In this document: positions 12,075-24,600 of the stretch, piece after piece
Layout of the letters: every line of letters starts with the position of its first letter
How positions within the stretch are numbered: the first letter of the stretch is position 1
From: Mobula hypostoma
Taxonomy: Eukaryota
Assembly (NCBI RefSeq): GCF_963921235.1
Contig: NC_086097.1
Span: 33,668,001 to 33,732,000, forward strand
Length of the DNA: 64,000 nt
Reading direction: 5' to 3'
The notes under the pieces: model-generated
Told to the model about the DNA's origin: nothing
The model's input: only the letters and a program-made list of their open reading frames with translations
The model's database searches: none
Position numbers and translations under genes: made by a program

Positions 12075-13497
12075 TGCCAGGCAATGAGTATTTGCTTCAT
12101 AAAAGGTGAAAGCATGGCCCAAGAATTGTTTGTTTGCAGGAGACCAGAAACAGATACGAAGGGGGAGTGAATATTTTGGATTGTTGAGCAATTTTTCAAA
12201 GAGAAGGACATTCTACTCAACATTCTTGCTTAGGCAACAGATGGAGCACCACCCATGACAGGATGTCACTGTGGAGTTACTTTCTTGGGGGGGGGGGAAG
12301 CTGTGTCTAACTTAGTTTTTTTCTGTATAATCCATAGACAACATCCATTCACAAAAAAAACCCGAAGTGATCAGCTGCACAAATCATTAAATTCCGTTAT
12401 CAGAGTGGTAAATAAAATCAAGTCCCATGGTCTCAATTCTTGACTATTTTGAGAGCTTTGTATGGAAAGCGATGAGCAGTTTGAATGCTTGCTGTTGTAC
12501 ACAGAGGTTAGATGGCTCTCAAAAGGGAACTGCCTGAGACACTTTTTGAAACTGTGATGAAATTCTTCGAAGACTCAAATGCTTCATTCAGTAATCAACT
12601 CAAGAATATTAGTCATGACAGTGCATATTTGTCAGAATTATTTGCAAAGTTTAATGAAATCAATCTTCGATTGCATGGAAACGATGTGAATTATGTCAAA
12701 GTCAAATCGGTCATCTCCACATTTCTGTCCATGTTAACCCTATTTAAGTGCAACATTGGCCATTGCGAACTTTTCCAATTTCCAAACCTCTCTTTGGAAG
12801 AGAAAGAAAGAATACCAGATGTTGATCTTCAAGTATACTGTGCCCACCTGGGTGAGATGCATAGACATGTCAGAGGAATTTCAGGATTTTCTCTCAATCA
12901 AGATTCTAGATTATGTAATAAATCCATTCCTGAAGTGTGGAATTAACAGGAAGAACTGATTTTGCTACAAAAGATTTTGAACTGAAGTCGAGGTTTAAAC
13001 AATTGTATCAAGACATTTTGTTGCAGAAAGAAATATCTGACTGCTGTCCTGCACTGTGGAAAAAGGTCAGGATCTTCTTTATTGCCTTTCCAGCATCTTA
13101 GTTAGTGGAACACAGTTTCAGTGCAGTCGCACAACTTCTTTCGAACCAACAAACCACTGCAAATTACTGAACGTGGGTATCTGAGACTCCTGAGTGACAT
13201 CATTCTGATGCTGAGAAGCTGATATCAGTGAACCAAGCCCATTGTCTCATTGAAAGGTGAAAAAGCAATAAATTACTGAATAGCTGGACTACTTATATAT
13301 GTTCTAAAATTGAAAATTGTTTTTACTGTAATTAAAGAAATTGTGTTTGTAGCTGTAAATAGATCTGAATATTTTTTGCAAATATTTGCCTCTGTTTTGC
13401 ATTTGCAGGTCCTATTTTCTTTCACTGTGCATTGTAATCAGGGATGTGGTTTGGAAGCCGAGGGTGTGGTAACCCAATAAAAGTTTGGGAACCACTG
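12075..13497 (+). mobile_element. Decayed hAT (Charlie/Buster-type) transposase remnant with right TIR
   Basis: Frameshifted motifs (ATDGAPPMTG, EVRWLSKG, AYLSELFAKFNEINLRLHG); end ...tttgggaaccactg at 13497 followed by gtgTAaga. Confidence 0.8.
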
Positions 13498-14239
13498 GTG
13501 TAAGACATGAAAATCATGCAGGAGGTTCTTCTATGTAGGATCTTCAATTCATTACCTGTAAAGATGACAGAAGCAATTCAGTTGTCAGTGAAGTTGGATA
13601 AATATTTAAATATGGCATTGTTCTTCTGTTGGGGTGGAATAGCATGGCAGTGGGACTTGTTAGATTGTTATTACAGAGACCTGGCATGGCTTCAATCTGC
13701 CAAGAGCCTACTACTGTTGTTTTGCCCATAATACATGGGAGCAGATTTAGACCATTCAGACCATTGACTCTGCTTTGCCATTTGATTGTGGCAAATGTCA
13801 TCCTTGCATGTATTGGCAGAAATCAAGGTAATTTCCCACATTGTCCATTGCCACGGCCTTTGGGTTAAGAATCCAGTGGAAAGTTTACAGCCATGATATA
13901 GCATTAATGCAGGTCTTGAGCTAGCCTAAGGAATGTACCAGTCTAATGTAGAATGCTGTCATGAACCTATTTGTTGTTGGGGAAAGATAATTGAGGGCTA
14001 ATAATTAGTATATTGGGATGTGGATTGTACTAATTGTAACAGGGAAACCACAGACAAGGTCTAGAAGAGAGAGATGGAATGCACAGTGACGACATCAAGT
14101 TTCAGAACTTTCATTAATTACGTTATAACATGCAGCAATTGCTGTATTAGAAAATTGGCTTTGCCATTGGACCTGTGGATAATCATACTGCAATCAGGAT
14201 GTAAGTGCAGTTACGAAGAAAGCACGGCAGGGCCTGTAC

Positions 14240-14860
14240 TTTAGAAGTTAGCAAAGATTCGGCATGACAACCAAGGTTTTGACAAACTTCTGTAGATGTG
14301 TGGTGGAGAGTATACTGACAGGCTGCATTACAGCCTGGTATGGAAACACCACTGTCCTTGAACAGAAAATCCCACAAAAAGTAGTGGATATGGCCCCATC
14401 CATCATGGGTAGGACCCTCCCCACTATTGAGCATGGCCTCTCAGATCATTGTCTCAGGAAAGCAGCACCCATCAACAGGGACCTGCTCCACTCAGACCAT
14501 GCTCTCTTCTCACTGCTGTCAATAGGAAGAAGGTACAGGAGCCTCAGAACTCACACCACCATCAGCTTCAGGAACAGCAATTACCCCTTAATCATCAGGC
14601 TCTTGAAGCAGAGAGGATCACCTCACTTGTCCAATCATTGAGATGTTCTCTCAACTGACAGTCTCACTTTCAAGGACTCTTCATCTCATGTTCTCATGAA
14701 GTAATAATAATTTTTTTTTGTTTTGTATTTACACAGTTTGTTGTGTTTTGCACGATGGTTGTCTGTCCTGTTGGGTATGGCCTTCCACTGATTCTGTTAC
14801 GGATGTTGGATTTACTGAGTATGCCCACAAGGAAAACAAATCTCAGGGTTATATATGGTG
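14240..14860 (+). mobile_element. Rex1/Babar-like LINE 3' fragment
   Basis: ORF 14264-14641: [13 protein letters not shown]...LFSLL..GRRYRS. Confidence 0.85.
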
Positions 14861-15703
14861 GCATATGCACTTTTTAGTCCAAAGTAAATTTATAATTAGT
14901 CTGTTACTTAATTGAGTTTCTGTAGCCACCACTCTCTTTTCAAAATGTAGTTTTACTAGGAATCTCATTAACTGAGAATGTAAAAGCTGTATCAAATTCA
15001 TGCTCGGGTAGATCAGCTTTGACTCGTCTCCTGTTTTTTTTAAATACATTGCCAATTATTTCAAGCACCAATTCTGTTTGGCCTTTTATTTTGCTCCTAC
15101 AACTATAATGATCTATGGTTTGTGGATTGAAAGGGGCATCGGTGCTGCGCAGGATGATATCAGGAATATGGTCAGGAGGGACGCGAAGTGTCATATGGAA
15201 TTCAGATTGGAGCAATGGGAGGCAGTGTGCTTGGAAAGAGGATACCAACCAAAGGACTGGAGAATAGGAAGGAAAGTTACTCAAGTTGTGTTGAAATCGT
15301 TTTGCCACACAAGAACTACGTAAACCACAATGTGGATCAAAGCTGAAGTACAGTGTACAGAGCATCACTCCATGGAAAGAAAGCAGTACGGAGATTTGCA
15401 AAGTGGTTGCCAGAGCTATGAAGGTTTAAGAGGGGAGGTTGGCAAGGCTGTGCTTGTTTTATTAGAACTGGTGCAATTTGAGGGTATAGATATCAAGTCA
15501 GTATCAGGGAGGATGGGTTTGAGTGGAAATCAAATGATTCTATAGAATTGACATTATTTATTTAAAACAATGTTCTTTAGTGGCAGTTAGTTGACCAGAT
15601 GTTATGTTGCAAGTTGAACTCTGTCCTTGGTTAGAAAAATGGCCTTTGGAGAACTGCTTGCAATACTTCAAATGGCATTGCTAAAGAACAAAGATGTTAA
15701 TGC

Positions 15704-17604
15704 AAACAACAGGAATTCTGCAGATGCTGGAAATTCAAGCAACACACATCAAAGTTGCTGGTGAATGCAGCAGGCCAAGCAGCATCTATAGGAAGAGGCG
15801 CAGTCGACGTTTCAGGCCGAGACCCTTCGTCAGGACTAACTGAAGGAAGAGTGAGTAAGGGATTTGAAAGCTGGAGGGGGAGGGGGAGATGCAAAATGAT
15901 AGGAGAAGACAGGAGGGGGAGGGATAGAGCCGAGAGCTGGACAGGTGATAGGCAAAAGGGGATACGAGAGGATCATGGGACAGGAGGTCCGGGAAGAAAG
16001 ACGGGGGGGGGGGTGACCCAGAGGATGGGCAAGAGGTACACTCAGAGGGACAGAGGGAGAAAAAGGAGAGTGAGAGAAAGAATGCGTGCACAAAAATGAG
16101 TAACAGATGGGGTACGAGGGGGAGGTGGGGCCTAGCGGAAGTTAGAGAAGTCAATGTTCATGCCATCAGGTTGGAGGCTACCCAGACGGAATATAAGGTG
16201 TTGTTCCTCCAACCTGAGTGTGGCTTCATCTTTACAGTAGAGGAGGCCGTGGACAGACATGTCAGAATGGGAATGGGACGCGGAATTAAAATGTGTGGCC
16301 ACTGGGAGATCCTGCTTTCTCTGGCGGACAGAGCGTAGATGTTCAGCAAAGCGGTCTCCCAGTCTGCGTCGGGTCTCACCAATATATAAAAGGCCACATC
16401 GGGAGCACCGGACGCAGTATATCACCCCAGTCGACTCACAGGTGAAGTGATGCCTCACCTGGAAGGACTGTTTGGGGCCCTGAATGGTGGTAAGGGAGGA
16501 AGTGTAAGGGCATGTGTAGCACTTGTTCCGCTTACACGGATAAGTGCCAGGAGGGAGATCAGTGGGGAGGGATGGGGGGGACAAATGGACAAGGGAGTTG
16601 TGTAGGGAGCGATCCCTGCGGAATGCAGAGAGAGGGGGGGATGGGAAGATGTGCTTAGTGGTGGGATCCCGTTGGAGGTGGCGGAAGTTACGGAGAATAA
16701 TATGTTGGACCCGGAGGCTGGTGGGGTGCTAGGTGAGGACCAGGGGAACCCTATTCCTAGTGGGGTGGTGGGAGGATGGAGTGAGAGCAGATGTACGTGA
16801 AATGGGGGAGATGCGTTTAAGAGCAGAGTTGATAGTGGAGGAAGGGAAGCGCCTTTCTTTAAAAAATGAAGACATCTCCCTCGTCCTAGAATGAAAAGCC
16901 TCATCCTGAGAGCAGATGCGGCGGAGATGGAGGAATTGCGAGAAGGGGATGGCGTTTTTGCAAGAGACAGGGTGAGAAGAGGAATAGTCCAGATAGCTGT
17001 GAGAGTCAGTAGGCTTATAGTAGACATCAGTGGATAAGCTGTCTCCAGAGACAGAGACAGAAAGATCTAGAAAGGGGAGGGAGGTGTCGGAAATGGACCA
17101 GGTAAACTTGAGGGCAGGGTGAAAGTTGGAGGCAAAGTTAATAAAGTCAACGAGTTCTGCATGCGTGCAGGAAGCAGCGCCAATGCAGTCGTCGATGTAG
17201 CGAAGGAAAAGTGGGGGACAGATACCAGAATAGGCACGGAACATAGATTGTTCCACAAACCCAACAAAAAGGCAGGCATAGCTAGGACCCATACGGGTGC
17301 CCATAGCTACACCTATAGTTTGGAGGAAATGGGAGGAGCAAAAGGAGAAATTATTAAGAGTAAGGACTAATTCCGCTAGACGGAGCAGAGTGGTGGTAGA
17401 GGGGAACTGATTAGGTCTGGAATCCAAAAAGAAGCGTAGAGCTTTGAGACCTTCCTGATGGGGGATGGAAGTATATAGGGACTGGACATCCATGGTGAAA
17501 ATAAAGCGGTGGGGGCCAGGGAACTTAAAATCATCGAAAAGTTTAAGAGCGTGACAAGTGTCACGAACATAGGTCGGAAGGGATTGAACAAGGGGTGATA
17601 AAAC
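15704..17604 (-). mobile_element. Young 5'-truncated Penelope-like retroelement: RT, Cys-rich linker, GIY-YIG endonuclease, terminal hammerhead
   Basis: ORFs 16729-17493 ([29 protein letters not shown]) and 16132-16584 (CKRNKCYTC, VIYCVRC...YIGET.R.L..R..EH) are in frame, separated by one TAG; TSD ATGTTAATGC at 15694-15703 and 17630-17639. Confidence 0.93.
15802..15837 (-). ncRNA. Minimal type I hammerhead ribozyme motif (Penelope-borne)
   Basis: Minus strand AGTC-CTGACGA-AGG(gtctcgg)CCT-GAAA-CGTC-GACT: stem I, CUGANGA, stem II, GAAA, palindromic ACGU, GUC site. Confidence 0.8.
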
Positions 17605-18496
17605 AGATGTTAAAAAAGATGTTAAAAAAATGTTAATGCTGTGCTTTTAAATGCAGACCTTTGCTCTACTGGAGAGTGATCTTCATCTCCTTGAAGACCA
17701 TGATGTACTTTGGGTCTCTTGAGTTTTGTTGTTTACCAAGAAGCTCTGGAAATGAGTTTGCTTATCATTTTGAGCCAGCTTGAAATCCATCAGCCGCCTT
17801 GTGTGATATTTTCACATTCTGATCAGCAGTGTGCTGATACTAGCTGTGGAGTCCCAGCAACAATGCTGACAATGTTTCCGTAATATGTCTGCATAGGCAT
17901 TTTTTTGACAAGTGCTTACACAATGTTTGCAAATTTTATAAATATTACGGGTTATCATTTACCATGCAAGGCATATCATTCCATTTTAATCACATTATGT
18001 CAGCATGACTTAATTTTGTTTCACACACATTCCACGTGTGATAGGTCTGAGCAGTTTATATACAGGTTGCACCCCTCTTGTGCAGAGGATTCTGAATGTG
18101 GTCTTTCCCTCTTTCCCAAAAGACTTTGCAGTGACTGGACTAAGTGTGTTATCTTGAACCCACACCAGTTGGTATTTACAAAGGCCTCTTTACCAGAACG
18201 TCTTGTACATTTGGTTATTTTGCAGGTGGGAATTTTTTGGGGGGAAATTTTATTTTTGTTTGGAGATGGTGCATTTCACATTTGTGTCTGATTGGGGAAA
18301 AATGATACATACAAAACTTCTGATTTGACAACTATTTCTGAAGTTCAACATAAATTTTAAAACAAAGCTTGCTTCTATGTCAATTGCTTTCTTGTTCCTG
18401 AAATGATTACATTTTGAAAGGAGTTGTTAATATGTGAGCAAAATTAATTGGTACTTTTTGTTTTAAAAATCAGCAGTTTAACTGAACAGCAGCAGA

Positions 18497-18643
18497 ATGC
18501 AGTACCTGGCAATTGGATTATTAGTACTAAACCATTTCTTGGTTAAAGCCTCTATCATCCCATTCGAAGAGCTGGAAAATGGAGGCCGCCATTGGGTTGT
18601 ACTTGTTGCTGGCTCCAGTGGCTGGTATAACTACAGACATCAG
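18497..18643 (+). CDS. LGMN: LGMN coding exon 1 (signal peptide, N-terminus): [49 protein letters not shown]
   Basis: ATG at 18497; donor CAG|gtatga at 18644; upstream acceptor ...aaatCAGCAG at 18471-18476. Confidence 0.95.
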
Positions 18644-21600
18644 GTATGAAATTATGTTAAATAAAGATAGTGACATGAAGTTAACCAGGAAGTCTGTAAA
18701 CAAGTTATGTGATGGTTGAAGTTTTATCCTTTTCTACTGAATCTGATATTTAGACACGTTTTTCAATGGAGCTTATAGTTTTGGGATTGTATTCAATTAG
18801 CCTTTCCTGCTAAAAATGTGCATCAGACACAGCAGTAGATCTGCATCCAAGTATTTCTGAAATGATTGATACAATGCAGTGTAACCAATCAAACATGTCT
18901 CAGTACCAAGTAATTAAAATATTAATGTTTGCTTGCAAAAGCTGAAGAAGCACTTTGGAAAATTCTTGTCTTGGTTTTTGGCCCCTCTGAACACTCATTA
19001 TGCTTGTATGCCTGTAATTCTTGCTACTTGTCACTCTTCATTGAAATGTATAAAGGAAAGTCTAATATTTTGTCAGCTATTTCCATATCATGATGTATAA
19101 TTCATAGTCATAGTCATACTTCATTGATCCCGGGGGAAATTGGTTTTTGTTACAGTTGCACCATAAATAATAAATAGTAATAAAACCATAAATAGTTAAA
19201 TAGTAATATGTAAATTATGCCAGGAAATAAGTCCAGGACCAGCCTATTGGCTCAAGGTGTCTGACCCTCCAAGGGAGGAGTTGTAAAGTTTGATGGCCAC
19301 AGGCAGGAATGACTTCCTATGATGCTCTGTGCTGCATCCCGGTGGAATGAGTCTCTGGCTAATTGGTTATGATTCTACCACTTCTGAAACTTGCAGCTAT
19401 GGTTGCTGGTGAGAATGAATATAGGCAGAGAGTTATCATTAGAGGAAATCAGGAGTGGTAGCTTAAACAAATGGTGTGATATTCTCTTTACAAACATGTT
19501 AGCTTACATTGAAGATTTTCTGTTACCTTAGCACTTTAAACATTACTTTTCTAGGGCAAATAAAAACAGGGAGATTCTTTTAATACTTGGATCTGGCAAC
19601 ATCTGTGGAGAAAGAAACTAGAATGAATGCTTCAGGTCAATAGCATTTTGTTGAGATTGGTAGAACTTCAGAGAGCTGCGCATCCTGCGCCTTGCAGGAA
19701 AGGATTTGGAATAATAAATGTCTGTGAAAGGGCAGGATCAAACAAAGCTGGATGACAGAGTAGAGATGGGGGTGTTAACCTGGAGAGGATGCTGCCGGGC
19801 GGTGTTAATCTGGAGAGGATGCAGAAGGCAGTCAATCTGTCTGTAGGAAGCGTAGATAGAAAACGAAAAGAGAGAAGGCAGAACAAGTCCACTGGCTACA
19901 GAACACAGCAGTTGCTGGAAATCCGACGTAAAACATGTCATTCAGAAAGCTCAGCAGGTCAAGCAGCCGCTGTGGAGAAAGAGAAAAATGACCAGAATAG
20001 ACCAAGGATTGAAATGCAAAAAAAAAAGGATGCTGGAATTCTGAAACACAACAGAAAATGTTGAATTATCAGAAATTTGGGAAGCATCCATGGGGAGAAA
20101 AATGATCTAACATCCCAGGCTAACCTCCCCTTTCCCCAGCCTAGAGATGACAGTTCATTAACCAGATTCACCATTTGGTTCCCATCTCCACAGATGCTGC
20201 CTGTTCCAGCAGGCTTGTTCTCCATTGTCCTCCTTCACAAGCAAGCCTCTTCCATTAAAGTGACAGGCGATATGAAAACGGCAAACGTTACCAAAAAAAA
20301 GCTACTGACATTGCTCACTTACTCAGAATATTCCAAAGTAAAACTATTGTGTTTTGATGGATGGTGGCTGCTGAAAAGGCCACTTTGATTTTTATCCCTT
20401 CCCTGGTAGCCAACAGTAGTATTTTGCAGATTAATCTTTAATGCCTGGAGAAGATTGATAACTGTACGCCATACACTTTGAGATAAGGCCAGTGCCCTGT
20501 TTTTCACTGGGCAGCCAAGCAGAAGGGGAGTGTGTGTCGTATTAGCAATCTAATCTTGTGCTCATGTTTGTAACCTGCAAACTATGCTGTTCTATTTTGT
20601 AATTGAGGATGAAGATTGTAAAGGATTAACCCTCGGTTACTTGTGTTGGGAGACTACTTCACCCTGCTGTTAGCTTGAGGTTGTACCTTAATTTCTTTGG
20701 TTTTCTATCTCACAGAAAAATAACTCAACCCATCATGTCATTGCCACTCTTGGAGCATACACATTTAGTACCCATATTATTGGGTATAATAGCATATTAA
20801 TTATTAGAATATACTAATATAGGAATGCATACATAATATATTAGTATATTCTTCTACCTATAATGGTTGTGCTATTTATATTTTTATGCATCTTAAATTG
20901 AAGTTTTATGTCTAATGGGGCTGATTTTTGCACCATTACCAGGCAGATATATGCCACGCCTACCAGATTGTCCACACACATGGTATTCCAGATGAGCGAA
21001 TTATTGTCATGATGTATGATGACCTGGCCCAGAGTGATGAGTAAGTGTATTTAAAATAACAGTTGCAGAAATTTCATATGTGGATATACAGCGATTGAAT
21101 AGCCTGTGTCTATTTTGCCTGTTTGACAGGAACCCTACACCAGGTATTATTATTAATAAACCCCATGGCACAGATGTATACAAAGGTGTGGTCAAGGATT
21201 ACATTCAAGAGGTAACCATTTTGAACTATGCTTGAAGTTCTCCTTTATATCTGTTGGATACCCATTCAATCTTTTCATAGTCTAAGGTTACATATTTACT
21301 GTCTCTTGATTATTATTGTGATCATATCAAAATGATGGCATGTCTTTGCATATGAACAGTAAACACAGACACAAGGAATTACATATTTACAGTCTCTTGA
21401 TTATTATTGTGATCATATCAAAATGTTGGCATGTCTTTGCATATGAACAGTAAACACACACAAGGAATTTTCAATATCTTTCAAGGTTTAAAGCTTTCCA
21501 CATAGGAATAAACTTTGTAAGTGTTGTAAGTTCAAATAAAGTGTTTGAAATTGAACTTGAGAACTTAGTTGCTCTGCTTTGAATGATAGGAATTGCAAAA

Positions 21601-24600
21601 TTATCTGTGAATGCAGTAAATTTTCAAATGGTCATATTGTATATTGTACTTGACTCTCAACAAAGAGTAAGTTGAGCAACCTTCCTGGGTACCAAATTCC
21701 TCATCGTAGGAATGGCATTGCCCCAGTGGCTGTGATCCTTCTGAGAACGGGAGTCCATATATCTATGTCTATCCATCAATCTATACTTATTTCATTAAGC
21801 CCACCTTTTTCATAAACACTTTGCGTGATATTCATCCTCTTGGATATAATATTCTTCTTGCCCATCTGTGTCAGTCTTGAACTCGGTGATACAATTTCTC
21901 ACTTATGTTTGAAAATGGAACATTGTGCTTTTGGATGTGGCATTAAACTTGTCTTTTCATTCAATTGGACTTAAAAGGATGGCTGGAGAGTGTCCTGGTC
22001 AAAACCTGTCTCCTAATCAATACCACTGTAGGGAATTTAATTTCTATTTGTGAGTTCCTTGGATACATTCTCAGCTTGCTTCTTTAAACAGTGAACATCT
22101 TCACAGGTTATGAATGATTTGGGGTCATTGTAAGGGCAATGAAAATTGCTAGCATTAAGCAGGCATTGTAAATTCTTCCACTCAGTTCTATCTTTTCTAT
22201 CTATTACTGCCATACAGAATGTGACCCCAGAAGTATTTTTGGCTGTCCTCCGAGGAGATGAAGAAGCTGTAAGAGGAAAAGGTTCTGGCAAGGTTTTGAA
22301 GAGGTAATACTTTGGCAGGGTTTAATTTTGTCGTGATGATCTACAAATGTAGGTCTTTAACCAGTCCTATACAGTGTCCATTCCTATTTGTGATCTTTCT
22401 ATCAGTAATTCACTAAAAATAGATTTGGCTCTTCTGTGTATAATGATAATGGCCTTGTCTCTTTCACATTATTTGTACTACTTTATGATACTGAATGAGA
22501 CCATTCAGTCCATCAGATCTCTGCCAGCTCGGTAATTCAATCTTTTTCCCTTATCCTGCGCCCTTCTTTTCCAATAACCTCATCTTTCTCGCACGCCGAT
22601 CAGTGCCTGCCAACCACCTACACCAGTGTTAATTGGCAGTATCTGAATAACATTCCAGTGTATCTTTGGGATGTGGGAGGAAAGCAAAGTGCCCAGGAAA
22701 TAACCACGTGGTCAAAGGGAGAATATGCGAGCTCCACAGTAAGATCAAACCCTGGTCACTGGATCTGTGAGGTAGAAGCTAAGCTTGCTGCTTCTTCATG
22801 CACCCTTGATGAACCAGGTGATATCTCTGGAATTGTTCATATTATATTTCATTCACCTAGTATAAATGCGGGACTGGACGGGACATAGACCAGGCTACTG
22901 TGGGAGGCGAGGGAGGAGATTGCTGAGCCTCTGGCGATGATCTTTGCATCATCAATGAGGACGGGAGAGGTTCCGGAGGATTGGAGGGCTGCGGATGTGG
23001 TTCCCTTATTCAAGAAAGGGAGTAGGGATAGCCCAGGAAATTATAGACCCAGTGAGTCTTACTTCCATAGTTGGTAAGTTGATGGAGAAGATCCTGAGAG
23101 GCATAATATGATCAGGAATAGTCAGCATGGCTTTGTCAAAGGCAGGTCGTGCCTCACGAGCCTGATTGAATTTTTTGAGGATGTGACTAAACACATTGAT
23201 GAAGATAGAGCCGTAGATGTAGTGTATATGGATTTTAGCAAGGCATTTGATAAGGTACCCCATGCAAGGCTTGTAAGGAGGCATGGGATCCAAGGGGACA
23301 TTGCTTTGTGGATTCAGAACTGGCTTGCCCACAGAAGGCAAAGAGTGGTTGTAGACAGGTCATATTCTGCATGGACCAGTGGTGTGCCTCAGGGACCTCT
23401 TGTCTTTGTGATTTTTATAAATGACCTGAATGAGGAAGTGGAGAGATGGGTTAGTAAATTTGCTGATGACACAAAGGTTGGGGGGGTTGTGGATAGTGTG
23501 GAGGGCTGTTAGAGGTTACAGCGGGACACTGATAGGATGCAAAACTGGGCTGAGAAGTGGCAGGTGGAGTTCAACCCAGATAAGTGTGAGGTGATTCATT
23601 TTGGTAGGTCAAATATGATGGCAGAATATAGTATTAATGGTAAGTCTCTTGGCAGTGTGGAGGATCAGAGGAATCTTGGGGTCTGAGTCCATAGGACATT
23701 CAAAGCTGCTACACAGGTTGACTCTGTGGTTAGGAAGGCATACGGTGTATTGGCTTTCATCAATTGTGGAATCGAGTTTAAGAGCCGAGAGCTAGTGTTG
23801 CAGCTATATAGGACCCTGGTCAGACCCCACTTGGAGTACTGTGCTCAATTCTGGTCGCCTCACTACAGGAAGGATGTGGGAACCATAGAAAGGGTGCAGA
23901 GGAGATTTACAAGGATGTTGCCTGGATTGGGGAGCATGCCTTATGAGAATAGGTTGAGTGAACTCGGCCTTTTTTCCTTGGAGCAACGGAGGATGAGAGG
24001 TGACCTGATAGAGGTGTACAATATAATGAGAGACATTGATCATGTGGATAGTCAGAGGCTTTTTCCCAGGGCTGAGATGGCTAGCTTGAGAGGGCACAGT
24101 TTTAAGGTGGTTGGAAGTAGGTACAGAGGAGATGTCAGGGGTAAGTTTTTTTACACAGAGAGTGGTGAATGCGTGGAATGGGCTGCCGGTGGCGGTGTGG
24201 AGGCGGAAACGATAGAGTCTTTTAAGAGAGTCCTGGATGGATACATGGAGCTTTGAAAAATAGAGGGTTATGGTTAAGCCTAGGTAGTTCTAAGGTAAGG
24301 ACATGTTCAGCACAGCTTTGTGGGCCGAAGGGCCTGTATTGTGCTATAGGTTTTCTATGTTTCTAAATGCAGTGTTCCCCTACAGTGGAGCATTATTTAA
24401 ATATTGGCCCTGTAAATTCCTGCTTTCTGTATTTTACTGAATTATTAATTTGAGCACATCACTTACGCATTAATCAATGCACTGGCAAACTAAACCATGG
24501 GCAGAGGGCTATAAATACTTGGTCTATAAATTGAACTTCACCTGGTGAGTAATAGATTACTATTTTGGAGAGGTAGAATTCCATTTTGCATAGGGACATT

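Noticed and set aside
19771..19822. 30-bp two-copy tandem repeats (also 52273-52333) as a CRISPR-like or structured array
   Set aside because: Only two adjacent copies with no spacers, in a eukaryotic intron; ordinary slippage duplications.
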